Shown piece after piece: positions 16,864-24,337 of a stretch of DNA of 55,764 nt; within the stretch, counting starts at the first letter, position 1; each line of letters opens with the position of its first letter. Source of the DNA: a virus (Duplodnaviria > Caudoviricetes); the IMG/VR virus record IMGVR_UViG_3300006927_000008, positions 1-55,764 of that record; one strand, written 5' to 3'. Position numbers and translations under genes: made by a program. The notes below the pieces were generated by a model. The model was not told where the DNA came from. It worked only from the letters and a program-made list of their open reading frames with translations, and searched no databases.

Positions 16864-17240
16864 ACGTATTCTTGTATAATACTCTCAACTAGAGAGCGGT
16901 GCTTCGAATGATAGTACTGATGATGGTTTGGACAAATTGGAACCAAATTCTTTGGGTCGTGATTTGTTTTATCGCCATCTGCATGATGAACCTCCACTGC
17001 AAGTTCTTCGCCGCATACTATACATTTCTTTTCATGGTGTGCAAAACATATCTTCCTATAGTTCTGGCCTTTCCAACAGCCATTATTTTCTCCACTACGA
17101 AAATATTTATTGGAACAGGCATAACCACATGTCTGCTTCTCTTTAGGACAACCTTTTTTTGCTTCAAATTCATCCCCACAAACCGGACAATTCTTCTTTA
17201 TCCACGGATACTGTGGGTTCTTCGTATATTGATTGGCCAT
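16854..17240 (-). CDS. HNH homing endonuclease
   Basis: CPVC, CGYAC, CIVCG, EVHHADGDKTNHDPKNLVPICPNHH. Confidence 0.85.
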   Translation of the reverse strand: MANQYTKNPQYPWIKKNCPVCGDEFEAKKGCPKEKQTCGYACSNKYFRSGENNGCWKGQNYRKICFAHHEKKCIVCGEELAVEVHHADGDKTNHDPKNLVPICPNHHQYYHSKHRSLVESIIQEYVRV

Positions 17241-17310
17241 TGCATTCCCCTTTCGCAATAAATATCATTGCCTAAGGTTTGGAATACATCCAAATCAATA
17301 GCACATATTA

Positions 17311-17385
17311 TGGAGGCCCCGTTGGGAGTCGAACCCAATAGGAAATCGCTTTGCAGGCGACCCGCTTGCCGTTGGCTTCGGAGCC
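17311..17385 (-). tRNA. tRNA-Cys(GCA)
   Basis: Loop CT-GCA-AA, U73, CCA. Confidence 0.85.
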
Positions 17386-17417
17386 GAATATTTAGGTTAC
17401 TTTATCATCCGTCCTTT

Positions 17418-17582
17418 GGCCACCACAGCCGCAGGGTTGAGAATCAATTTCGCCTGAGGTTGGACGTCATTCACTGGTTAGGATCCTAACTACTCAGCCT
17501 CAAATCGTGTGGATCAAGGGACTTAAACCCTTGTAGAGGAGATACATCCTCCATTGCATCGTAGCAATTAACTACGGTGGCC
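17418..17582 (-). ncRNA. candidate multibranch structured RNA with T-loop-like hairpin
   Basis: GGCCACC/GGTGGCC closure; CAAGGG-TTTAAGT-CCCTTG; GAGGA/TCCTC; TGAGGCTG/CAACCTCA; GTTAGGATCCTAAC palindrome. Confidence 0.5.
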
Positions 17583-17603
17583 GCTATCATGGCATCCCAA
17601 TTA

Positions 17604-17676
17604 TGGTGGAGAGTGGGAGAATCGAACTCCCATGGCTTCGGTGCAAGCGAGGCGTGTGACCCATCAGCAACTCCCC
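17604..17676 (-). tRNA. tRNA-Ala(TGC)
   Basis: Loop CT-TGC-AC, G3:U70, CCA. Confidence 0.85.
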
Positions 17677-17748
17677 AAATTTCGAGAGATAAGATACCGA
17701 AATATCTAATAGGCGTCCCTATGACAAAATTATCTCCCTCGTCCTGTA

Positions 17749-17842
17749 TGCTCTCTGTCAGGGTGGCAGGATTCGAACCTGCGTATTCTCGATTCCAGGT
17801 CGAGACGATAGCCGGACTTTCGTTACACCCTGACAGAGAGCA
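17749..17842 (-). tRNA. tRNA-Pro(TGG)-like with acceptor stem extended to 17 bp and no CCA
   Basis: CTCGA-CCTGGAA-TCGAG; TGCTCTCTGT-CAGGGTG/CACCCTG-ACAGAGAGCA. Confidence 0.6.
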
Positions 17843-17861
17843 CAACATATCCGTCGTAAAA

Positions 17862-17924
17862 TGGCCAGCAGATAAACATCGAAGAATAGGGTCATGAGCC
17901 CCGAGGGTCTTTCCTCGTCCGCTA
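17862..17924 (-). pseudogene. degenerate initiator-like tRNA-Met(CAT) lacking the T-stem
   Basis: TAGCGGA/TCTGCTG-G-CCA, GGG-CTCATGA-CCC, unpaired TTCGAT. Confidence 0.45.
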
Positions 17925-17927
17925 GTA

Positions 17928-18003
17928 TGGAGCCGTCTCTCAGATTCGAACTGAGTATCTCTACTTTACAAGAGTAGCGCAAATCCTAATTTGCTTAGAC
18001 GGC
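17928..18003 (-). tRNA. tRNA-Thr(TGT)
   Basis: CTACT-CTTGTAA-AGTAG, CCA. Confidence 0.85.
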
Positions 18004-18076
18004 AAGTTTGCCAGGTGTCCTATACTTAGACGATAGACTGCGAGCTAGGCATTTCTCCTAACATTTCCTGGACCAA

Positions 18077-18151
18077 TGGAAGCGGGCGAGGTTGCTGCCA
18101 CCTCTAGCTACCCGGATTATGAGTCCGGGAGGATCACTGGATCTACCCGCG
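18077..18151 (-). tRNA. tRNA-Met(CAT), initiator-like, atypical T-loop
   Basis: CGCGGG start with 1:72 mismatch; CCGGA-CTCATAA-TCCGG; CCA. Confidence 0.65.
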
Positions 18152-18191
18152 GATCGTACTGTGACATTACATCCGCCACGTCTTAAGTGCC

Positions 18192-18319
18192 TGAAGATGT
18201 GGAGTCGAACCACTTGCGAACCTGCTCGGCCAGCGTCCTTTGACGGAGCCTCTGAGGAATCGAACCTCTTTCATCCCGTGTCCGCGGAGACATTAGGGAA
18301 ACCACCAACGGCGTCTTCA
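18192..18319 (-). ncRNA. tRNA-like RNA with two T-arms
   Basis: TGAAGA/TCTTCA closure; GAGG-TTCGATT-CCTC and GTGG-TTCGACT-CCAC. Confidence 0.55.
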
Positions 18320-18324
18320 AAATA

Positions 18325-18400
18325 TGGAGGGGTATACGGGAATCGAACCCGTCTATCTTGGTTGGAAGCCAAGCATCTTATACCGATGGATCAATACCCC
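18325..18400 (-). tRNA. tRNA-Gly(TCC)
   Basis: CTTGG-CTTCCAA-CCAAG, U73, CCA. Confidence 0.9.
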
Positions 18401-18407
18401 AAAACTA

Positions 18408-18470
18408 TGATGGAGATGGATGGGAATCGAACCCGCGTCTTCCGGTACTCTGCCACTGAGTTACCATCCC
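18408..18470 (-). ncRNA. tRNA-like RNA without anticodon arm
   Basis: GGGATGG-TA-ACTC-AGTGGCA-GAGT-ACCGGAAGAC-GCGGG-TTCGATT-CCCAT-CCATCTC-CATCA. Confidence 0.6.
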
Positions 18471-18476
18471 ACTTTA

Positions 18477-18552
18477 TGGTGGAGGCCCCGGGAATTGAAC
18501 CCAGTTGTCTGGTACTTCAAGCCAGCGCATTGACCACAATTGCTTGACCTCC
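18477..18552 (-). tRNA. tRNA-Phe(GAA)
   Basis: Loop TT-GAA-GT, A73, CCA. Confidence 0.75.
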
Positions 18553-18889
18553 AAATCTCTTTTTGATCCTCAAGCCCCACCATCAGATCATCCAGATTCA
18601 GGATTTCTGGTTGCATGGCAACCACATCAGATGCTTGCACCCGATGTCCTCAGGTTCTCACGTCTATGCTCGAGGCCCACCCAGTAAGAGGTTGAGCGCC
18701 TCTTTACTTCTTAGTCGGAATATAGGACGCTATCGCCCTTCATTTCCTTTCGAACCACTTCAGAGCGGTACTTGTTCACGTCCTGTTTTCCATGTCGTTC
18801 GAACATTCGATGCCAGAACTCCAATTCGGTACTGGACATCTTCCTCACCTGGGACTGCCAGGATTCAACCTTCATGTAGAACCTTTCGC

Positions 18890-19096
18890 TTAATAGTTCA
18901 CGTTTCCGATACCGGCCTGGCGGGCGGAATCGAGCTGCTTAATCAGCGAGGACTGCTTACGATTCGAGGAATCCAGCTGGCCCTTAAGAAATTCAACATA
19001 GCGAGCCAATTCCTTTTTCGTGTAGCCATCGAGTTCAACGACACCAGCTTTGCTCATGTCTCTGAACATTTCCTTGTCTTGCTCTACGAGGGTCAT
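18890..19096 (-). CDS. small hypothetical protein
   Basis: AGAGGA RBS; promoter at 19140-19168. Confidence 0.6.
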   Translation of the reverse strand: MTLVEQDKEMFRDMSKAGVVELDGYTKKELARYVEFLKGQLDSSNRKQSSLIKQLDSARQAGIGNVNY

Positions 19097-19309
19097 TTCC
19101 TCTATCCTCTGTCAGTGTCTACCAAAACCTTATACTATAAATATAGGCAATTTCTGGGATATCCTAAACGCTTTTTCGAAACTAATTGAGGACCCTCTCT
19201 AAGTCCAATAAAAGCCCTCTAGAACCCTGCTTTTGAGCGCTCTAGAGCTGATTCTAGAGCTCCGAATCAGGCTCCCCGATGTTTCACCCATGGCTGACAT
19301 CAGGGCAAT

Positions 19310-19341
19310 AAAAAAGGGGAGAAACCGTATGGTCTCTCCCC
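19310..19341 (-). terminator. intrinsic terminator (putative attenuator)
   Basis: GGGGAGAGACC-ATAC-GGTTTCTCCCC-TTTTTT. Confidence 0.9.
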
Positions 19342-19365
19342 GCTTATCTGAAATTCAGAGTGGAG

Positions 19366-19491
19366 CTAAACCATAGTATTCTCGACGATGGCATTCTTAC
19401 TATCATGACATACATAGCCGAGGGCGGGCTGTAAGCGTTCGAGCCACAGTCCGGATTCTATCAGCGTTGATGTAAATTGAATAGTAAGCAT
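19366..19491 (-). CDS. 41-aa putative attenuator leader peptide containing all 20 amino acids
   Basis: TAAGGA RBS; MLTIQFTSTLIESGLWLERLQPALGYVCHDSKNAIVENTMV; last codons complementary to the terminator 5' arm. Confidence 0.65.
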   Translation of the reverse strand: MLTIQFTSTLIESGLWLERLQPALGYVCHDSKNAIVENTMV

Positions 19492-19508
19492 TTCTGAATT
19501 CCTTATAA

Positions 19509-19544
19509 TGGAGCCAGGCCATCCGCGTTAACGAACAACCCGGC
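19509..19544 (-). ncRNA. 36-nt acceptor-stem mini-helix ending in UCCA
   Basis: GCCGGGTTGTTCGTTAACGCGGATGGCCTGGCTCCA. Confidence 0.45.
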
Positions 19545-19552
19545 ATATGTTA

Positions 19553-19622
19553 TGGTGGCGAAGGCTGGTATCGCTCCAGCATCTTGTCCGAAAACCGTTC
19601 TATTATATTAAACTACCTCGCC
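19553..19622 (-). ncRNA. tRNA-like RNA with the anticodon arm replaced by a UUCG hairpin
   Basis: GGCGAGG/CTTCGCC-A-CCA, D arm, GTT-TTCG-GAC, GCTGG-AGCGATA-CCAGC. Confidence 0.65.
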
Positions 19623-19632
19623 ATACGAAGTA

Positions 19633-19661
19633 AATATAGGCCAAGAATGGCTATTTGTAAA
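19633..19661 (-). promoter_or_regulatory. sigma70-like promoter at the head of the tRNA array
   Basis: TTTACA-N17-TATATT, about 10 nt upstream of the first tRNA-like RNA. Confidence 0.75.
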
Positions 19662-19680
19662 CCACTACGTGAAAAAAGTT

Positions 19681-20277
19681 CTAAATATCTTCCACCAAGG
19701 CTGACCACATGTCTGCAGTATGCAGAGCTCGTGAGAGCGGTGCTGACGCATACATCATATCTCTTGTGCGATTCTCTTCCTTGTATAGACCATCATGACC
19801 AAGAATTGCTAGATACTCATCGTCTGAAAGTTCGATGCCAAACTGGCCTAACAACCTTACACTACGCTGAGCATGAGTGAGGCCATCCTGCAACTTATCG
19901 TTGAAGGTATAAAGCATTCCCTTATTTCTATGCCAGTCAGAAGTCTGAGGTAGATACATAGCCTCTCCTTCTCTAGTTCCGATCTTGCCGATGTCGTGGA
20001 ATAGACCCACAAGGACGAAACTCTCTTCTGGGATATCGATCTCAAAGCATGCTCTCACCTTGAGGACATTCTTTGTTACCTGGAGTGTATGACCAACAAG
20101 GCCGCCGGGATAACATGAGTGATGATCTGTCCTCGAAGCAGCCGGAGCGGTGAAGTATCTATCACCAATCTCTTCTAACATAGCCTTAATCTTCTCTTTG
20201 CGATCACCTTCGAAATGCTTTTCGATCAATCCTTCAACAAACTCTATATACTTCTTAATACGTTCTTCGTCTGTCAT
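19681..20277 (-). CDS. HD-domain phosphohydrolase (YhaM-like HD)
   Basis: APAA...HH...GGL..HTL.V, LFHDIGK, H..RS, HDG, LH.AD. Confidence 0.85.
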   Translation of the reverse strand: MTDEERIKKYIEFVEGLIEKHFEGDRKEKIKAMLEEIGDRYFTAPAASRTDHHSCYPGGLVGHTLQVTKNVLKVRACFEIDIPEESFVLVGLFHDIGKIGTREGEAMYLPQTSDWHRNKGMLYTFNDKLQDGLTHAQRSVRLLGQFGIELSDDEYLAILGHDGLYKEENRTRDMMYASAPLSRALHTADMWSALVEDI

Positions 20278-20975
20278 TACTTAGCCTTTGCTTTTTTCTT
20301 CTTACCGTTATCGAACTGCTTACATGATACCAATAGCGAAATGGCTGTTGGCTGCTTGCATCCGAGAACACAACGTTTACATTTATTATCCACCTTACCT
20401 TTGGATTGCCAAAGGAGTAGATCATCTGATACTCTATCCTGTACTGTGAGGATATCCTTATGGTTCAATTCAGGCTTGAATTTCACCCTTTGCTTTGAGC
20501 CAAGGCGAGTCCATATGCCATCCTTGAATTGTGCCACGAATCCACGTGAAATCTTTGAGAGCCCCAAGCTCTTATATAGTGCCAGTGGGATCAAGTAGAA
20601 TCTGTCGTTAAGAGGATCGTACACATATCTCTGCTTAGCATCTCTCGGCTTCCTATGGAAGAAATACCGATGAGGCTTTGCCATGACGAGGATAGTTCCT
20701 TCAGGGAATTGCTCCTCAACAGCCAAAGGAGCCAGCTGCTTCATGGAGTTGACATTCCGTCCATTAGCAACTGCCTCTTGCTTGTATTCGTTCCTGCGTC
20801 TTACGATCTTGAATTTGCCATCAGCCGATACTTCAAAGAATTTCTTATCAGGGATCTTTCCTAAAGCGGCTTTCGGTAGGATTGTAAACCTATCCCATAG
20901 GACGTTAAACGCCATATCTTTCATTGGCTTCTTGCTGTTGTCTACAGGATGAATATTATAGAATGTGTTCAACAA
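20277..20975 (-). CDS. basic hypothetical protein
   Basis: 232 aa; GAGGAGG RBS. Confidence 0.65.
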   Translation of the reverse strand: MLNTFYNIHPVDNSKKPMKDMAFNVLWDRFTILPKAALGKIPDKKFFEVSADGKFKIVRRRNEYKQEAVANGRNVNSMKQLAPLAVEEQFPEGTILVMAKPHRYFFHRKPRDAKQRYVYDPLNDRFYLIPLALYKSLGLSKISRGFVAQFKDGIWTRLGSKQRVKFKPELNHKDILTVQDRVSDDLLLWQSKGKVDNKCKRCVLGCKQPTAISLLVSCKQFDNGKKKKAKAK

Positions 20976-21025
20976 AACCTCCTCTGTTAGTAGAGGTATA
21001 TAAGCAATACTGATACAGCTTTATA

Positions 21026-21484
21026 CTACGCCTTGATGTCTAGTAGATCTCCGTATTTCGTGAAAGCTGGAATCTTAGCAAGCTTTGGTGCCAATTGTTC
21101 GACAGCTTTCTTCAAGCCTTTCCAATCATTGGCTTCCTCATACTGATTGCTAGCGATCACCCATACGTCAACCTGCATAGCTGACTGCTTCGTGAAATTG
21201 ATCTGCGTAGGATGGTGGTCATATGCATAGACGACCATATGTAATCTCCAACCTTGAGGGACCAGAGGCTCTACTTGTTTGGCCAGAGACTTGGTGCCAA
21301 AGATCGCGGTCAGCTGTTGATGAAATTCACTTAGGTCACCGTTGAAACTGTCCACGGCTTTAGGAGTTGGCTTCACCTTGAACTTCAACGAAATCATGGG
21401 GGACCATGGCTTCATATCTACATCCCAAGTAGCGCCTATCTTTACGTTACCATACTTCTTATCAGTTGTATTCTTGTAGCCCAT
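21026..21484 (-). CDS. hypothetical protein
   Basis: GGAGGA RBS; GATATTTA motif upstream. Confidence 0.7.
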   Translation of the reverse strand: MGYKNTTDKKYGNVKIGATWDVDMKPWSPMISLKFKVKPTPKAVDSFNGDLSEFHQQLTAIFGTKSLAKQVEPLVPQGWRLHMVVYAYDHHPTQINFTKQSAMQVDVWVIASNQYEEANDWKGLKKAVEQLAPKLAKIPAFTKYGDLLDIKA

Positions 21485-21530
21485 TGTTGTCCTCCATATT
21501 AATGTCGATGTCGTTCCTACTAAATATCAA

Positions 21531-22505
21531 CTAGGAGGTCGATGTGCTAGGTAATTGTTTTGCAAACTCAGACATCCAGGGTTTTATAATACCAGTAGCT
21601 GCACCGGGTACTTGCTTTGCAGTGATGAAATAAAGCGCTATAAGTACATTCATCTGTTTTGGTGTAATGTATTTATTCTTTTCTATGAACGTCCCAATCG
21701 ATCTAATCATTTCGTAGTTACTTTGCTTACCAGTATACCCTGTCATCAAAAAATGAACCATAGCGACAGTCTCTTGAACCTGAGGTGGTGTAAACGATGG
21801 GCGAGGTATTTTGTTTTTGACCTGCCAATCCTGAACACCATTTACGCCAAACTTCATAATATGATCTTTTTGCTTGTCCGACATATGTCTGCCTTGAACA
21901 AAGGCTTGACTATATAGAGACATAACAAAATTGTTATCAAGATCCCATTTCCCATCAGTACAAAGTCTTTTTGCGATCTGTGATTTGTCACCAATCATTT
22001 CACCAAGCTTCTGATATGGAACACCTAAAGTTTTTTCACAGATCTTCGCTGTAACTACTTCCCAGAACTTTGTATAGGCCTTAAGATTCGTATCGACTTT
22101 AACATTCTCAATTATTTGTTTATTGTCTGTTGCTGTCATGGCCAATTCTTGAGCCTTTTTCTTGGCAGCCTCAGCCATTGGACTTAACTTCTTCTTCTTG
22201 TACGTGGTCCTTGACTTGAATACAGATTTTGCAATAGGTTTGCCATATTTGAATTCATGCGAATATGAAATAATGAAGAAAGCACATTCTTGACAAACTG
22301 ATAACTCTGCATCTTCTTCAGACTCGCCAACCGGTACCAAAGTATATTGATCATATACCGGAACATCACCCATGGCCGCAAGACCTTGGCGAGTCTGAAC
22401 AACTTCACAATATTCACACGAAAAAGACACATCATTGATACGAAGTGTCTTCCATACAAATTGCTCAATGTATGAATCTAAAGCTTTCCTGAGTTGCGTA
22501 TCCAT
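21531..22505 (-). CDS. hypothetical protein
   Basis: 324 aa; CEYC/CQEC; AAGGGA RBS. Confidence 0.7.
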   Translation of the reverse strand: MDTQLRKALDSYIEQFVWKTLRINDVSFSCEYCEVVQTRQGLAAMGDVPVYDQYTLVPVGESEEDAELSVCQECAFFIISYSHEFKYGKPIAKSVFKSRTTYKKKKLSPMAEAAKKKAQELAMTATDNKQIIENVKVDTNLKAYTKFWEVVTAKICEKTLGVPYQKLGEMIGDKSQIAKRLCTDGKWDLDNNFVMSLYSQAFVQGRHMSDKQKDHIMKFGVNGVQDWQVKNKIPRPSFTPPQVQETVAMVHFLMTGYTGKQSNYEMIRSIGTFIEKNKYITPKQMNVLIALYFITAKQVPGAATGIIKPWMSEFAKQLPSTSTS

Positions 22506-22563
22506 GTCTTCCCTTTACTAGAAGTTTACATGCTTTATAATAACTTGCCCACATAAAGTAAAT

Positions 22564-22592
22564 GCCCCTGGACGCATTAGCAATCCAGGGGC
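22564..22592. terminator. GC-rich hairpin, probable terminator
   Basis: GCCCCTGGA-N11-TCCAGGGGC. Confidence 0.6.
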
Positions 22593-22665
22593 AAATCAAC
22601 GTTTAGAGGTTCAAGCCCTCCATACGTCTAAAGCGAATAACCACGTCAGACCACCTCCTCTCTAT

Positions 22666-23124
22666 TCACGCTGTACTACTTTTGTGCACAGCGGCTAAGA
22701 TCTCATCTTTAACAAGATCGGGTTTTTCGAAAACTTCCTTCTCCCAAAAGCGAAGAAGGACCAAACCATTTCTTCGGGCTATCCAGTTTTTCATCATATC
22801 ATTCTTCTTAGCCTTCAGAATATGATAGCGCTTCTTTGTTGTATCAGCGTCTGGATTGCCATGCCAGAAGTCCCCATCGGTTTCTATAAGGATGGGATAA
22901 TCCTCTAGCTTAAAATCAAATACCTTCCAACCGTCGATAAAGAAAATAGGATGTTCTGATTCAAATTCAATGAACATACCTTTGAGCATCTTCATCATTT
23001 CCAATTCAAGACCAGTACGTTTTCTACCCTTCCTGTTTGGCTTGTTCCTCCAAGCCGATAGGCCCTGTTTCTTCTCCGTTATCCTCTTCTTCTTTTTCGC
23101 ATATAACTTTTCTTTCGAGTCCAT
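22666..23124 (-). CDS. Vsr/DUF559-like PD-(D/E)xK endonuclease
   Basis: T.LE, FDF, IETDGDFWHG, ND..KN, LLRFWE. Confidence 0.8.
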   Translation of the reverse strand: MDSKEKLYAKKKKRITEKKQGLSAWRNKPNRKGRKRTGLELEMMKMLKGMFIEFESEHPIFFIDGWKVFDFKLEDYPILIETDGDFWHGNPDADTTKKRYHILKAKKNDMMKNWIARRNGLVLLRFWEKEVFEKPDLVKDEILAAVHKSSTA

Positions 23125-23307
23125 CTACTTTCTCTTTTAGGAATACGATCTCCTGTTCAAAGTTCGATAGGTGATCTGTAAGTTTTCCGACCCGAGATTC
23201 CAAAAGAACACAACGACGATGAACAGCGACCATGATAGCTATAGGATCAACATCCAGATCCTCCGTACCGAGATTGTATTTATTATCTCCCGCTCCGACC
23301 AAATTTG

Positions 23308-23766
23308 TCATTTCTTAACCTTTTTTCTTTTCTTGAATAGGAATGATAAGTCGAATTCTGAATCCCTTATATTTTCATTCCTATGGAGCATGACAGCCTC
23401 TAATTTGAAGGCTCGTGATTGACCACCAAGATTCTTTGTAGTAGCAAAGCCAAATTCACGATTGATCTCTACTAACCTGAACCATTCTTTCTGGTATGGA
23501 TAATCTGCCACCTCAACCATTCTACCAAGATCGTCTTCAGTGGGTACCAATTCCTCTGGAGGGTCTACATACTTCAAATACTCGATACCATAGAAATTAT
23601 CCAGAGGCGCTGTCTTTACCCGAATCCTTTTTTGCTTCTTCTTCGTGAGGATGTTCTCCACCTTCTTTTTTCTTGATTTTCTTTTTACCTTTGGCTTCTT
23701 TTCCTTTACCATCAGTTTCATCTCTTTCTGCATTGGTGAATTCGTCGGAACAATATTCGATGGCAT
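23308..23766 (-). CDS. hypothetical protein
   Basis: Lys-rich ORF in a continuous minus-strand run. Confidence 0.5.
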   Translation of the reverse strand: MPSNIVPTNSPMQKEMKLMVKEKKPKVKRKSRKKKVENILTKKKQKRIRVKTAPLDNFYGIEYLKYVDPPEELVPTEDDLGRMVEVADYPYQKEWFRLVEINREFGFATTKNLGGQSRAFKLEAVMLHRNENIRDSEFDLSFLFKKRKKVKK

Positions 23767-24337
23767 TTCTTAATTGTGCATTTTCATTCTCACCATCTTC
23801 AGCAGGTGGTACATTGATATGATGCGTGGCATGAAAACTACCATCAGCTTGCTTACCAATCTTGTAATTCTCGGGCATGAGCTCTGTTCCTGTACCTTCT
23901 TCTATTTCATGTCTACCACCCAAAACATTATCAAGGCTTTCCATGATAGCTGACAATGCATCATCTTCACTCATATGCTTACTTCCTATAGGAGTAGAAA
24001 TATGGTCAACAGAATCATCTGCTATATCTGTAATCGTTAGCTGTTCACCTGTTAGCTCTTTATACTGCTCGAGCAAATCCTGGACAATAGCCAAGATTCC
24101 CGCACCGAATGAGGACATATCAGCCACTGAAAGATTGAGATTCTTATCACAACTGAGCACGCGCTCAACATCTACCAGGCCAGAAACCTCTGACACTGTT
24201 GAGAAGCCATTCAGTTCATCATGTAGTCTGATTGTCTGATGCTTGATTGTATTGCAGAAGTTGTAGAACCTTACATAGGTTCTGGCAACTTTTTTTAGAT
24301 TTTCAGGTGTTGTCGTCATCATCATTCTCTTCACCAT
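23597..24337 (-). CDS. hypothetical protein
   Basis: 246 aa; long overlap with the next ORF makes its C-terminus uncertain. Confidence 0.55.
   Translation of the reverse strand: MVKRMMMTTTPENLKKVARTYVRFYNFCNTIKHQTIRLHDELNGFSTVSEVSGLVDVERVLSCDKNLNLSVADMSSFGAGILAIVQDLLEQYKELTGEQLTITDIADDSVDHISTPIGSKHMSEDDALSAIMESLDNVLGGRHEIEEGTGTELMPENYKIGKQADGSFHATHHINVPPAEDGENENAQLRNAIEYCSDEFTNAERDETDGKGKEAKGKKKIKKKEGGEHPHEEEAKKDSGKDSASG

Noticed and set aside
17895-17920. GAGGAAAG motif suggesting RNase P RNA
   Set aside because: No matching 3' P4 consensus or appropriate length; better explained as the D arm of a degenerate tRNA-Met.
9943-18687. ORFs overlapping tRNA genes (e.g. 9943-10125, 11140-11475, 15804-16004, 17486-17848, 17758-17982)
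   Set aside because: They are translations of tRNA or structured-RNA sequence.
18408-18870. Full-length or two-piece tmRNA
   Set aside because: Only a 3'-end resemblance; no tag reading frame or matching 5' piece was found, and 18477-18552 is a tRNA-Phe.
9417-19622. CRISPR-like periodic repeats
   Set aside because: The recurring GGA(T/C)TCGAACC is the tRNA T-arm; spacing is irregular and no cas genes are present.
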